DNA of 20,000 nucleotides from Chiloscyllium plagiosum (lineage: Eukaryota). How positions within the stretch are numbered: the stretch's first letter is position 1; each line of letters starts with the position of its first letter. The notes under the pieces are model-generated. The model was not told the DNA's origin, ran no database searches, and worked only from the letters and a program-made list of their open reading frames with translations. The position numbers were made by a program, and so were the translations under genes. The stretch covers positions 92,802,272 through 92,822,271 of the forward strand of contig NC_057718.1 in NCBI RefSeq assembly GCF_004010195.1, written 5' to 3'. Shown piece after piece: positions 10,659 to 19,713 of the stretch.

Positions 10659-11359
10659 CAGTGGTGTCCCCATCACTGAATCTCTGACTATCAACATCCC
10701 TGGGGGTTATCGTTGACTAAAAACTCAACTGGACTCACCACATTAAAAACAACGGCTACAACAGCAGGTCAGAGGCTATGAGTACTGTGGCAAGAAACTC
10801 ACCTCCTGACAAAGCCTGTCCACCATCTGGAAGGCACAAGCCAGGAGTGTGATGGAATAGTCTCCACTTGCCTGGATGATTGTAGCCCCCAAAACACTGA
10901 AAAAGATTGACACAGTCAAGGGCAAAGCAGCCCCTGCTTGATTGGCATTACATCCACAAACATCTACGCCCTCCACCACCGACACTCAGAAGCAGCAGTG
11001 TATACTGTCTACAAGATGCCCTGCAGAAATTCAGCAAAGGCCCTCAGACAACACCTTCAAAACCTGCTTCGATTTAGAAGAACAAGGGCAGTAGATATGT
11101 GGGAGCATCGCCACCTTCAAGTTCCCCTCTGAGCTACTCACCATCCTGACTTGGAAATATTTGCCATTCTGTCGCTGTCACTGGGTCAAAGTCCTGGAAT
11201 TCCCTCCCTAAGGGCATTGTGGGTTAACCTACAGCAGGTGCACTGCAGCAGTTCAAGAAGGAAGGTCACTATCACCATCTCAAGGGCAACAAGGGATGGG
11301 CAATAAATGCTGACCAGCCAATAATACACATCCCACAAATGAGTTTTAAAAAGAAAAGT
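10659..11359 (+). mobile_element. 5'-truncated L2/CR1-superclade LINE 3' portion (ORF2 C-terminus plus 3'UTR), nested in a SINE
   Basis: Broken translation GVIVD*KLNWTHHI / ATTAGQRL / SLSTIWKAQARSVME*SPLAWM..APKTLKKID. 3' tail CAAGGGCAACAAGGGATGGGCAATAAATGCTG...CACATCCC followed by an A-rich end. AGT on both sides (10656-10658, 11357-11359). Confidence 0.88.
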
Positions 11360-11415
11360 ATTAGACTGGGCCTCTGGGTCATAAGTGATCCTGCCACAAT
11401 GCCACTGTCTCCCCC
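11360..11415 (-). mobile_element. tRNA-like head of the SINE at 10325-10658
   Basis: Reverse complement GGGGAGACAGTGGCATTGTGG...CCAGAGGCCCAGTCTAAT joins seamlessly to ACTGTTTGGGAGCATGAATTCAAATCCC at 10658. Compare the head at 16509-16575. Confidence 0.72.
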
Positions 11416-11439
11416 ATTGATAATTGTGAAGACTCCAGA

Positions 11440-11568
11440 GTGATAAAATCCCATCTGGTTCACTAGCACCCTTTAGCAAAGGAAATCTGCTGGCCTACAT
11501 CAACAGGCTTGACTCTTAATTACTATTCCAAATGGCTTAGTAGGCTACTCAATTGTATCAAATTGCCT
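11440..11568 (+). mobile_element. Internal fragment of a family-B SINE
   Basis: AAAATCCCATCTGGTTCACTAGCACCCTTTAGCAAAGGAAATCTGC..TGGCCTACAT..TTGACTCTTAA, homologous to 16660-16750. Confidence 0.78.
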
Positions 11569-11696
11569 CAATTTACATTTGTTAACACTTGTCTTGTCAG
11601 AATGAAAATACATTTTTAAGTTTATTACTTTCCAATAAGTGGTAGCTGTATAAGCCACGAGTGAAGGTATGGAAGAAAGAATATACATTTTTACAG

Positions 11697-11794
11697 TCGA
11701 GAGTGTGATGCTGGAAAAGCACAGCATGCCAGGTAGCATCCAAGGGGCAGGAGAATCGACGTTTCAGGCAAAAGCCCTTAATCAGGAATGTAAA
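11697..11794 (-). mobile_element. Short Penelope-like pLTR-derived insert with a mutated hammerhead motif; 12-bp TSD
   Basis: Flanked by ACATTTTTACAG at 11685-11696 and 11795-11806. Minus strand reads ATTC-CTGATTA-A-GGGC-TTTT-GCCT-GAAACGTC-GATT...GGATGCTACCTGGCATGCTGTGCTTTTCCAGCATC. Confidence 0.87.
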
Positions 11795-11847
11795 ACATTT
11801 TTACAGGCCGTTTTTATGACCTCTGGATTTCTCAAAGTACTAATTAA

Positions 11848-12092
11848 CTATCTCTCCTTGTCCTTTTTGACGTATCTGAAACCTTTGGCACGTTGATCGC
11901 AGCATTTTCTCCTCCATTATCCCACTGCCTGGGTCTCTCTATGTAACATAGACTGAAAACACGCTGGATTCCACACTTTTCATCAACACTTCACTCGACC
12001 ATTATCTTGAAAATTTCAGACCGCATATCTGACATCCAGTGCCAGATGAACAGAAATCTCCTTAAACTAAATAGTGATAAGGCCAAAGCCAT
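11848..12092 (+). mobile_element. Ancient L2 RT remnant
   Basis: LSLLVLFDVSETFG (cf. LLVLLDLSAAFDTVDH) from 11848. SDRISDIQCQMNRNLLKLNSDKAKAI (cf. LSDI..WM..NFL.LN..KTE.I) at ~12016-12093. Confidence 0.72.
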
Positions 12093-13287
12093 TTGGCTGG
12101 GGTTTTGAGTTTGACTTGGGAAATAAAATTGGGTCAGTTTCTAACTTGAGAAACTGACGTCGGCCACCTCTGACCATTGTTGCCTTATTGCAATGTCCTG
12201 GAGATGAGAGTTGGTTGGGTTTGAGTTCTTCAATTCCAGAGGCAGAATTCAAGGAATCTGTTGAGACAATCTGGTTAGAAGGCCTATCTTATTTTCACTG
12301 GGGCATCTGGCCAGGTCTTCAACATAGTGCTTATACTTGAGAAGCTGCGCGCCTCACCCGTTCCCATGAAGTGCCTCAATGTCCTATCACACCCACATAC
12401 ATCGTCCATAACTCCACATAATCCTTATGTCCTGTCAAGCCTACGAGCCTCCTTCATGGCTGCTCATAGCCCCCATGCACCCTTTATCTACTTCATATTC
12501 AAATGCCCCTCTTTGCCCCCATATATTCACATTGCCCTACATTCACCCATTCCTCTTCCATGTATCTAACATAGGTAGACACCCAGTTTCCAGTATGTAT
12601 AATCCTTAGGAGCCATGTGATGCAACAGAATTCATTTGAAATAGATGTAATAATGTACACCTCTACCAACTCAATAAAGCTATTACAGAGAATTAATATT
12701 GCAACAATCTAGATGTGCTGAAAAAGAAAAAACTGCTTCAAGTCATTATTCAGTTGTACAAACAAACAAAAGTAATCATGAACACATTATCCTTTAATGA
12801 CTTCTTACAAATGTGATTCAAACAATGAATGTGAAAACTGTATGTTCTTTCTTTTTCAGCGCACCTAGATTACTGTATTCCATTTGAGATAAGTGGCTTG
12901 CCACATTTAAAACTCCCCCACCCAAGTGCAATGGGTTCAGTTGTCAAAATAAACCTTGAAAAATGCAAACAATGAAGGCTATTAAAACCATAAGAACAAA
13001 TGATTTTTTTTCCATGAAGCTATACTGAATGTCCTGTTGATCAAAGCAGTCCAGGAGCAGGTGGCTTTATTTTCCTTTTTGTTGAAATTTAAAGCATCAT
13101 GGATATTTCAGTCACTTTAGATTGCGATTCTCTAGTTTCCAAATACTGCTTTCTATTTAAAATGTGTAATAGGATTATTCACAATAGGAAAAGTATTCTG
13201 ATACATCTCAAAAGTTGCACATTGTTGGTCATTGCAGTTGTCATCTTACTTTAAAAGGCAGAGTCTATGGTCATACCCTGAAATAAA

Positions 13288-13572
13288 AGAGACCCGGGTT
13301 CAATTCCCGACTCAGGCGACTGACTGTGTGGAGTTTGCACGTTCTTCCCGTGTCTGCGTGGGTTTCCTCCGGGTGCTCCGGTTTCCTCCCACAGTCCAAA
13401 GATGTGCAGGTTAGGTGAATTGGCCATACTAAATTGCCCGTAGTGTTAGGTAATAAGGGGTATTACCTAGGTAATAAGGGGTAAATGTAGGGGTATGGGT
13501 GGGTTTCGCTTCGGCGGGTCGGTGTGGACTTGTTGGGCCGAAGGGCCTGTTTCCACACTGTAATCTAATCTA
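13288..13572 (+). mobile_element. Young HE1-like V-SINE, 5'-truncated (A box missing)
   Basis: GGTTCAATTCC B box, intact CpG-rich V-domain, tail GGTCGGTGTGGACTTGTTGGGCCGAAGGGCCTGTTTCCACACTG(TAATC)n. TAAAAG on both sides (13284-13289, 13571-13576). Confidence 0.95.
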
Positions 13573-13924
13573 AAAGCATATTAAACTTATAAGACCACAT
13601 CTGATAAATGCATTTGGAGCCTTTCATCAAACCAGTTGACATTGATGAGGCAAAATGTTCTCAGCTTTTTAGTAGGTTCCTGTCAAGATTTATGAGCTGT
13701 CAAACAAGTTTTCTGAAGTTTTCCATAACCAACACGACCTAATGGTGGGGCAGGTAAAATGAATGTTCTCTATGGTTGTCAATAGCCAGGTATTTACCAG
13801 CAGATGGGGTTGCTTCCTGAATGAGACTTAAACCTATGACTGCAGATTCATTGTGTGTGAAACTCACACACATTCCCAACTTTTCCAGAGTGTGTAAAGC
13901 TACCCCACTATTCACGGACACAAT

Positions 13925-14663
13925 GACAAATTTCATTCACAGCCACTGCCTCTATCCTTCAAATTGACAATTGTCTGAGGCTAAACCAAACTGTTTGCAA
14001 CCTTGGGCTGCATTGCATCCTGAAATGAACTTTTGACTCTATGTCCATGGTTAAAAAAAAGGCTTGTTATTTCCATCGCTGGAACATCACCCAACTCACG
14101 ATCAATCTTAGATTTTTCATTCTAACACCTTCATCCATGCCTTTGTTAATTGTAAGCTTTTCCAATGTTTTGCAGGCTGGCCTCGCATTTTTCACCCTCA
14201 GCAAATGTAAGCTCCTTTTCACCCTCAACAAATGAAAGCTGTTCTATCCATATCCAAACTCATACCAATTGCCATCGACTCATCAATCGTATATTTGTTG
14301 ACCTACATTTGTACGAAATGCATCAATTTTAGAATTCACCTCTTTGTGTAAAGACTCTTTATTGGACAACTGCTTCTGATCTCTGCAGCTTCCTCTGATG
14401 CTCCAATCTTTGTTTCTCCAATTCTACCCATTTTTTCCTATTCCTACCTTTAAGTATTCCACCAGTTGTAGCCATGTCTTTATCTGGTAAGGTCCCAGAT
14501 CTCTTCCTTTTCCTATCTCACTTTTCTCTTGATGCTCCTACCTCCTTTCCTGAATATTCCCTTGGATGGCTCCGCATCAAACTTGTTTGTTAATACTCCT
14601 GTGAAGCGTTTTGGAATATTTTATTACATTGAAGGGGCACAGTGTAAACATTGATTGGTGTTG
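13925..14663 (+). mobile_element. Ancient L2 3' portion (ORF2 C-terminus and tail)
   Basis: LRLNQTVCNLGLHCILK / KACYFHRWNITQL / TFIHAFV resemble L2 NQTVRNLGV..D / AYFHLRNIARLR / TLIHAFV. The end GTGAAGCGTTTTGGAATATTTTATTACATTGAAGGGGC resembles the L2 tail. Confidence 0.75.
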
Positions 14664-15116
14664 CATTTGTTGCTATTATGGAGTCGGTTTTATAATCCAC
14701 AGACCTCACAAACCATGTTATTTTGAGCTAACATATCCGAGTATTGATTCTTTTCATCATGGCACACTTAACCTTCTGGGAGTGCAGTTTATTTTTGTTG
14801 TTAACACTCCTATATTTTGTTACTTCAGTTGTGGAGGAGGGCCGTTTGGTACAGTGTGCTCCTTGACTCAGGCAATACGTAACATGTCAAAATAATACCA
14901 GAATGAAGTTGCAGCATCTTTCTCAAGGAGCACAAGTATTGATATCACTGTACCACAAAGCTACAATGGGGTGGAGATTTAGCTGGTGCTCCATTCATGC
15001 TTTGTGCCTGTTTAACTCTGGGGGTGGCAGTTCCTATCAGACTCATGAATACATGCTAGTCCACGATTTTAGGTGTTCTCTGCCCCAGGCTGAGATTTTC
15101 AAGTGCCTTATTCAGT

Positions 15117-15210
15117 AAAAGAACAGGAGGAGGTTATTTAATCCCTTGAGCCCCTCCCAATACTAAATTAAGTCATGAGTGATCTGTACCTTCAATTCTA
15201 TTTACTCACA
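15117..15210 (-). mobile_element. Ancient CR1 3' tail remnant
   Basis: AGAACAGGAGGAGGTTATTTAATCCCTTGAGCC...TCATGAGTGATCTG resembles the reverse complement of an older CR1 3'UTR (cf. 1860-1918). Confidence 0.55.
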
Positions 15211-15317
15211 CTTATGGGAACACAGCAACACCAGTATGACATACAGCTGTTCTAGGCTTTTCTGTCAGTCTATTTGATCTTATTTAATCTGTACCTTAAT
15301 ACCATTTTCCCATCAAG

Positions 15318-15522
15318 GAACATAAGAACACGAGGAGGTCCTTCAGCCCATAAAGTCTGCCTGCCATTCAAAGTAAGCTCAGCTGTTCAAACACTTCAAT
15401 GGTTTATCCTCACACCATCCCATTCTGTACACCACTGGTAATGGGAAATCTATCAACGTTATCTTAAATAAACTCAAAGACTGAGCCTCTTTTGGGGTAG
15501 TGAATTCAAAGGTTTGTGACTC
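15318..15522 (-). mobile_element. Ancient CR1 3' end
   Basis: GAACATAAGAAC..GGAGGTCCTTCAGCCC...CCTGCCATTCAA...AATCTATCAA..TCTTAAATAAACTCAA..TGGGGTAGTGAATTCAAAGGTT is the typical CR1 3' end in reverse. Confidence 0.68.
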
Positions 15523-16221
15523 CACTCATCTAGTCCATTCCCTACCTGACAAACATTTATTGATCTTGGTGTTAAAATTTTCGACTGTCTTAGAAACAAT
15601 GGGATACGGCTGTGCTTACGCTTCCCAAAAGGCAAAATTGACTTACTGTGAATTACCTGAGTGCCAGTGACTAGCTGCTGGGATGCTCAATCCTCATTTG
15701 CTGCCAGTCTGCTAACTGTTTACACCTGCTTTGGGTGGGCAGCAATTAACATCCCCACTGAGACCCTGGGTGGGCACTATGCAAATAAAACAAGCATTCT
15801 GTCTGGGAACTCTGAAGATAGAAAGACCTGGCAGGTTGTCAGGATCAACCAGAGAGGCTTTGAAATAACTAAGTGGGGAAGGAAAAACATTATCAACGGT
15901 ACTCAGAATGAAAATAGGCTCTGCTCAAAATAGATGCTGGAGTGTATAATCCGAAGAGTCAGTTTCTCAATCAAAACTGAGGAAGGATACAGAAGCTATT
16001 TCTGTAAAAATAGTATTTTGGCAATTTGAAACAAGGACAGCCAGGAGGATGGGTTAGCGTATTGGTCTTATTCTGAAGCTATGAGGTTGTTCTTCATCAA
16101 ATACATTATTGGTATTTCAGCTTCATTGTTATCACTAGCATTCATCACTCACGTCTATCTCACTTCAGGAGGTGATAACTGCAGTCCATGTACTAAAAAT
16201 GCTCTTGCTCTGGGTTTATGC

Positions 16222-16340
16222 AAAGAAAGAAAGGCTTGTGTTTATATGAAGTCTTTTATGATGAAAGGACATATTTCCAAGTGTTTCACAGCCAATGAAG
16301 TGTTTTTGAAACATTGTTACATGTTATAATCTGGGAAAAT
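16222..16340 (-). mobile_element. 3' tail fragment of an old L2-tailed SINE (DeuSINE/SacSINE-like)
   Basis: AAGAAAGGCTTGTGTTTATAT...GGACATATTTCCAAGTGTTTCACAGCCAATGAAGTGTTTTTGAA resembles a reverse L2-type tail. Family assignment is from memory only. Confidence 0.5.
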
Positions 16341-16344
16341 ATAA

Positions 16345-16500
16345 GTAGGGCGTTCCAGGATTTTAACTCAGTACCAATTAAGGAACAGTGGTACATATCT
16401 GATTTATTAACATGCAAGACTTGATGAAGATTTAGGGCTATTATTGTCCTGCTGAATGGTGGATTTCCCATGTTGTGGAGGTGCTGGCGAAGAAACATTA
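16345..16500 (-). mobile_element. Diverged fragment of the same LINE family as 10659-11359
   Basis: TAGGGCGTTCCAGGATTTTAACTCAGT is the reverse-complement homologue of ACTGGGTCAAAGTCCTGGAATTCCCT at 11180-11205. A further probable tail remnant lies at ~16105-16195. Confidence 0.6.
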
Positions 16501-16508
16501 GGGCTATA

Positions 16509-16750
16509 GGGGGAGTGATGGCCGAGTGGTATTATTGCTGAACTACTAAACCAGAGACCCAGATATTCTGGGGTGTGGGCAGATGGTGGAATTTGAATTT
16601 AATAAATATCTGGAATTAAGAGTTGAATGATGACCATGAATCCATTGCCAATTGTTGGAAAAACCCATCTGGTTCACTAATATCCTGGAAGGAAGGAAAC
16701 TGCCATATTTACCTGGTCTGGCCAACATGTGATTCCAGACCCACAATGTG
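16509..16750 (+). mobile_element. Family-B SINE 5' part; 3' part at 19447-19543
   Basis: Head GGGGAGTGATGGCCGAGTGGT (A-box-like). Core AAAACCCATCTGGTTCACTAATATCCTGGAAGGAAGGAAACTGCC...CCAGACCCACAATGTG. Confidence 0.88.
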
Positions 16751-16829
16751 TCAGAGAGTCATGCAGACGTACAGTATGGAAACAGACCCTTTAGTCCAAC
16801 TCTTCCATGCTGACCAGATATCCTAACCT

Positions 16830-18050
16830 AATCTAGTCTCATTTTCCAGCACTTGGCCCATAACTCTCTAAACCCTTCCTATTCATATACCCATTTAGTT
16901 ATCTTTTCAGCTTCTCCCTATAACTCAAATCCTCCAGCACTGGCAACATGCTTGTAAATCTTTTCTGAACCCTTTCAAGTTTCACAACATTCAGAAAATT
17001 TCAGACCAGAATTGCACACAATATTGCAAAAGCAGCCTAACCAATGTCCTGTACAGCTGCAAAATGACCTCCCAACTCCTATACTCAATGCTCTGACCAA
17101 TAAAGGAAAGCATACCAAATGCATTCTTCACCATTCTATCTACCTGTGACTCTACTTTCAAGGAACTATGAACCTGCACTCCAAGGTCTCTTTGTTCAGC
17201 AACACTTCCCAGGACCTTACCATTAAGTGCATCCATCTTTAAGCATTGAAGACATCCAGCACCTCCTCCTCTGCAATATGGACATTTTTCAAGATGCTAC
17301 CATTTATTTCGCCACATTCTGTATCTTGCATGTCCTTCTCCACAGTAAACACCGGTGCAAAATACTCGTTTAGTATCTCCCCCATCTCCAGCAGCTCTAC
17401 ACATGGGCTGTCTTGCTGATCTTTGAAGGGCCCTATTCTCTCCCCAGTTACCCCTTTGTCCTTATTGCATTTATAAAATCCCTTTGGATTCTCCTTAACT
17501 GTATTTGCCAAAGCTATCTCATGTCTCCTTTTTGCCCTTGTGATTTTCCTCTTAACTAAACTCTTACTGCCTTTCTAATCTTCTTAGGATTTATTCAATC
17601 TTTCCTGTCTATACCTGACATATGCTTCCTTCTTTTTCTTAACCAAAACCTTGATTTCTCTTGTTATCCAGCTTTCCCTGTACCTACCAGCCTTTCCTTT
17701 CACCCTAACAGGAATATACTGTCTCTGGACTCTCGTTATCTCATTGTTGAAGGCTTGCTTATTTCTCAGTTCTACCCAAATAACTCTCCTGGATGTATAC
17801 CCAGGAATATCCTCCCTAAGTATAGTTGTCATGTTATCCCTTATCAAAAACACCACTCCCCTTCCTCTCATACCTCCTTTCTATGCATCCAAAACATATG
17901 TATCCTGGAACATTAAGCTGCCAGTCCCATCCATCCCTGAGCCACATTTCTGTAATTGCTATGATATCCCAGTCCCATGTTCCTAACCATGCCCTGAGTT
18001 AATCTGCTTTCCCTGTTATGCCTCTTGCATTGAAGTAAATGCAGTTTAAT
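16830..18050 (-). pseudogene. CR1 ORF2 remnant: EN N-half, linker and C-terminal parts; RT core absent
   Basis: ORFs 17584-17871, 17239-17511 and 16991-17236 are collinear CR1 ORF2 segments. No YRPVSL, QHGF, KAFD, PQG or FADD motifs lie between them. Confidence 0.88.
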
Positions 18051-18193
18051 TTATCTGTCCTACCTTGTTCTCTGCTTTGTTCCTGTGTGCCCTGACCGTT
18101 TGACTCGTTACTTTTCCCAACTGGACCAGTCTCAGATTGATCTTTTTCCTCACTATTTCCGTGGGTCCCACCATCCCCCCACCCCCGACCTTA

Positions 18194-19123
18194 CTAGTTT
18201 AAATCCCCCCAAGCAGCTCTAGCAAATCTCCCTGCCAGTATATTAGTGCCCTTCCAATTCAGGTGCAATCTGTCCTCCTTGTACAGATCACTTCTACCCC
18301 AGAAGAAATTCCAATGATTCAAAAATGTGAATCCTTCTCCCCTGCAGCAGCTCCTCAGCCATGCATTCATCTGCTCTATTCTCCTATTTCTGCCCTCACT
18401 CACTTGTAGCACCGGGAGTAATCCAGATATTACTACCTTTGAGGACCTCCTTTTGAAATTCCTGCCTAACTTTCTATATTCTCCCTTCAGAATCTCATCC
18501 TTTTCCCTTCCCATGTCGTTAGTTCCAATGTGGACAATGACCTCCTGCTGTTCCCTCTCCCCTTTGAGAACATTCTGCACCCTCTCTGAGATATTCTTGA
18601 TCCTGGCACCAGGGAGGCAACACAACATTCTGATTTTTTGCTGCTGGCCACAGAAACATCTGTCTGTGCCTCTGACTAGAGAGTCCCGTATCACGATCGA
18701 TCACTTGGAACCCAACATGCCCCTCATTACATTTGAACCAGTCTCGATACCAGAAACTTGTGTGTTCATGCTACATTCCCCTGAGAGTCCATTACTCCAT
18801 ACAATGTCCAAAACAGCATACTTGTTTGAAATAACTACAGAAAACTCCTGCACTACCTGCCTATCCCTCCTACTTTTCCTGGATTTAACACATCTCCCTG
18901 ACTGTATCTGCGGCTTTTCTCCCTTCCTATAACTGCCATCCATCACATCCCCTAGCTTTTGTAAATTCCTTATTGCCTCTAACTGCCACTCCAATCGATC
19001 CATGCGATCTGATAGGATTCACAACTAGAGACACTTCTTGCTGACATAATCATCAGTAACATGGAAACTCTCCCTAAGCTCCCACGTCTGATAGAAAGAG
19101 CACATTGCTCTACTAAAGGTCAT
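18194..19123 (-). pseudogene. CR1 ORF1 (degenerate zinc finger/coiled coil plus SGNH/GDSL esterase), disrupted by stops and a frameshift near 18700
   Basis: ATG at 19123 is in frame with the 18701-19003 ORF (MTFSRAMCSF...DDYVSKKCL*). SGNH blocks IRDSLVR (GDS mutated), CLPGARI, VHIGTND, VVISGLLP, DRLHLN (DGLH mutated). Confidence 0.9.
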
Positions 19124-19446
19124 CTTTGCTCCTTCACAATCTACAGACCCAGAAATTAGCACTGTCTTTTTGCTCTAAAAAACAGTGCTCCAGGCTAACT
19201 TAGTACTTACAGTTTATATTTTTAAAATTTAATTGAGACACAGATCTCAATAAAACATATAATTAAGAAAGAACCTACTCTACTCACTACTGTAGACCTA
19301 CAGCAAAGTTACACTTAAAAACTATGTACTTGTTCCTGTGCTGTGAGCTCTCCCATGCAGGTTCCTCCAAGGTCAGCTGTGAATTTCACTGTTTGCTATT
19401 TTTTCTTAGATGCATTCCGTTGTCCAGAGATACATGAATTCAAAGG

Positions 19447-19543
19447 GTTGATGCTTAATTGTCGTTTAGGCAATTAGGGATGGGTAACAAATGTTAGCCG
19501 AGCCAGTGACACCTTTATCACGTGAATGAATGAAAATCAAAAA
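19447..19543 (+). mobile_element. 3' tail of the SINE begun at 16509
   Basis: GTTGATGCTTAATTG continues CACAATGTG (cf. TTGACTCTTAA at 11509-11519). GGCAATTAGGGATGGGTAACAAATG...GAATGAATGAAAA tail is shared with 11281-11345. Confidence 0.82.
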
Positions 19544-19631
19544 CCTGGATGCTTAATTCAGGGTGAATTAACAGATGAAGGAGCAGAGTTTACACTCTAT
19601 GTGGTGTAACATAACTTTGCATTGTCAGGCT

Positions 19632-19713
19632 AAGATCCACAAGCCTGACTCTACCTCCTTCCCAAGATCCACAAGCCTGACTCTACCTCCTTCCCAGGAT
19701 CCACAAGCCTGAC
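19632..19713 (+). repeat. 32-bp tandem repeat (~2.6 copies) at the 5' end of the Penelope fragment
   Basis: Unit AAGATCCACAAGCCTGACTCTACCTCCTTCCC starts at 19632, 19664 and 19696 (one A>G change in the last). Confidence 0.95.

Larger units (their letters stand above)
16751..19446 (-). mobile_element. CR1 LINE retaining 5'UTR, ORF1 and 3' end but with several internal ORF2 deletions (~2.7 kb)
   Basis: 3' end homologous to 5098-5250. ORF2 pieces: DLGVQVHSSLKV...YCVQFWS; KENPKGFYK...EILNEYF; LNCIYFNARG..WDIIAITE.WL. ORF1 esterase present. Both boundaries are defined by the split SINE. Confidence 0.93.

Noticed and set aside
13852..13872. Hairpin TGTGTGTGA-AAC-TCACACACA
   Set aside because: 9-bp low-complexity stem, too short for a pre-miRNA; plausible by chance.
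14638..14680. CACAGTG heptamers (also 775-781) as V(D)J recombination signals
   Set aside because: No nonamer at 12 or 23 bp spacing; both lie within LINE remnants.
15779..15786. Octamer ATGCAAAT as an immunoglobulin or snRNA promoter element
   Set aside because: Isolated motif, with no leader or V exon and no snRNA downstream.
18327..18932. 201-aa plus-strand ORF
   Set aside because: Antisense shadow of CR1 ORF1; no independent protein motifs.
19632..19713. 32-bp direct repeats as a possible CRISPR array
   Set aside because: Head-to-tail with no spacers, derived from Penelope RT coding sequence, in a vertebrate context.
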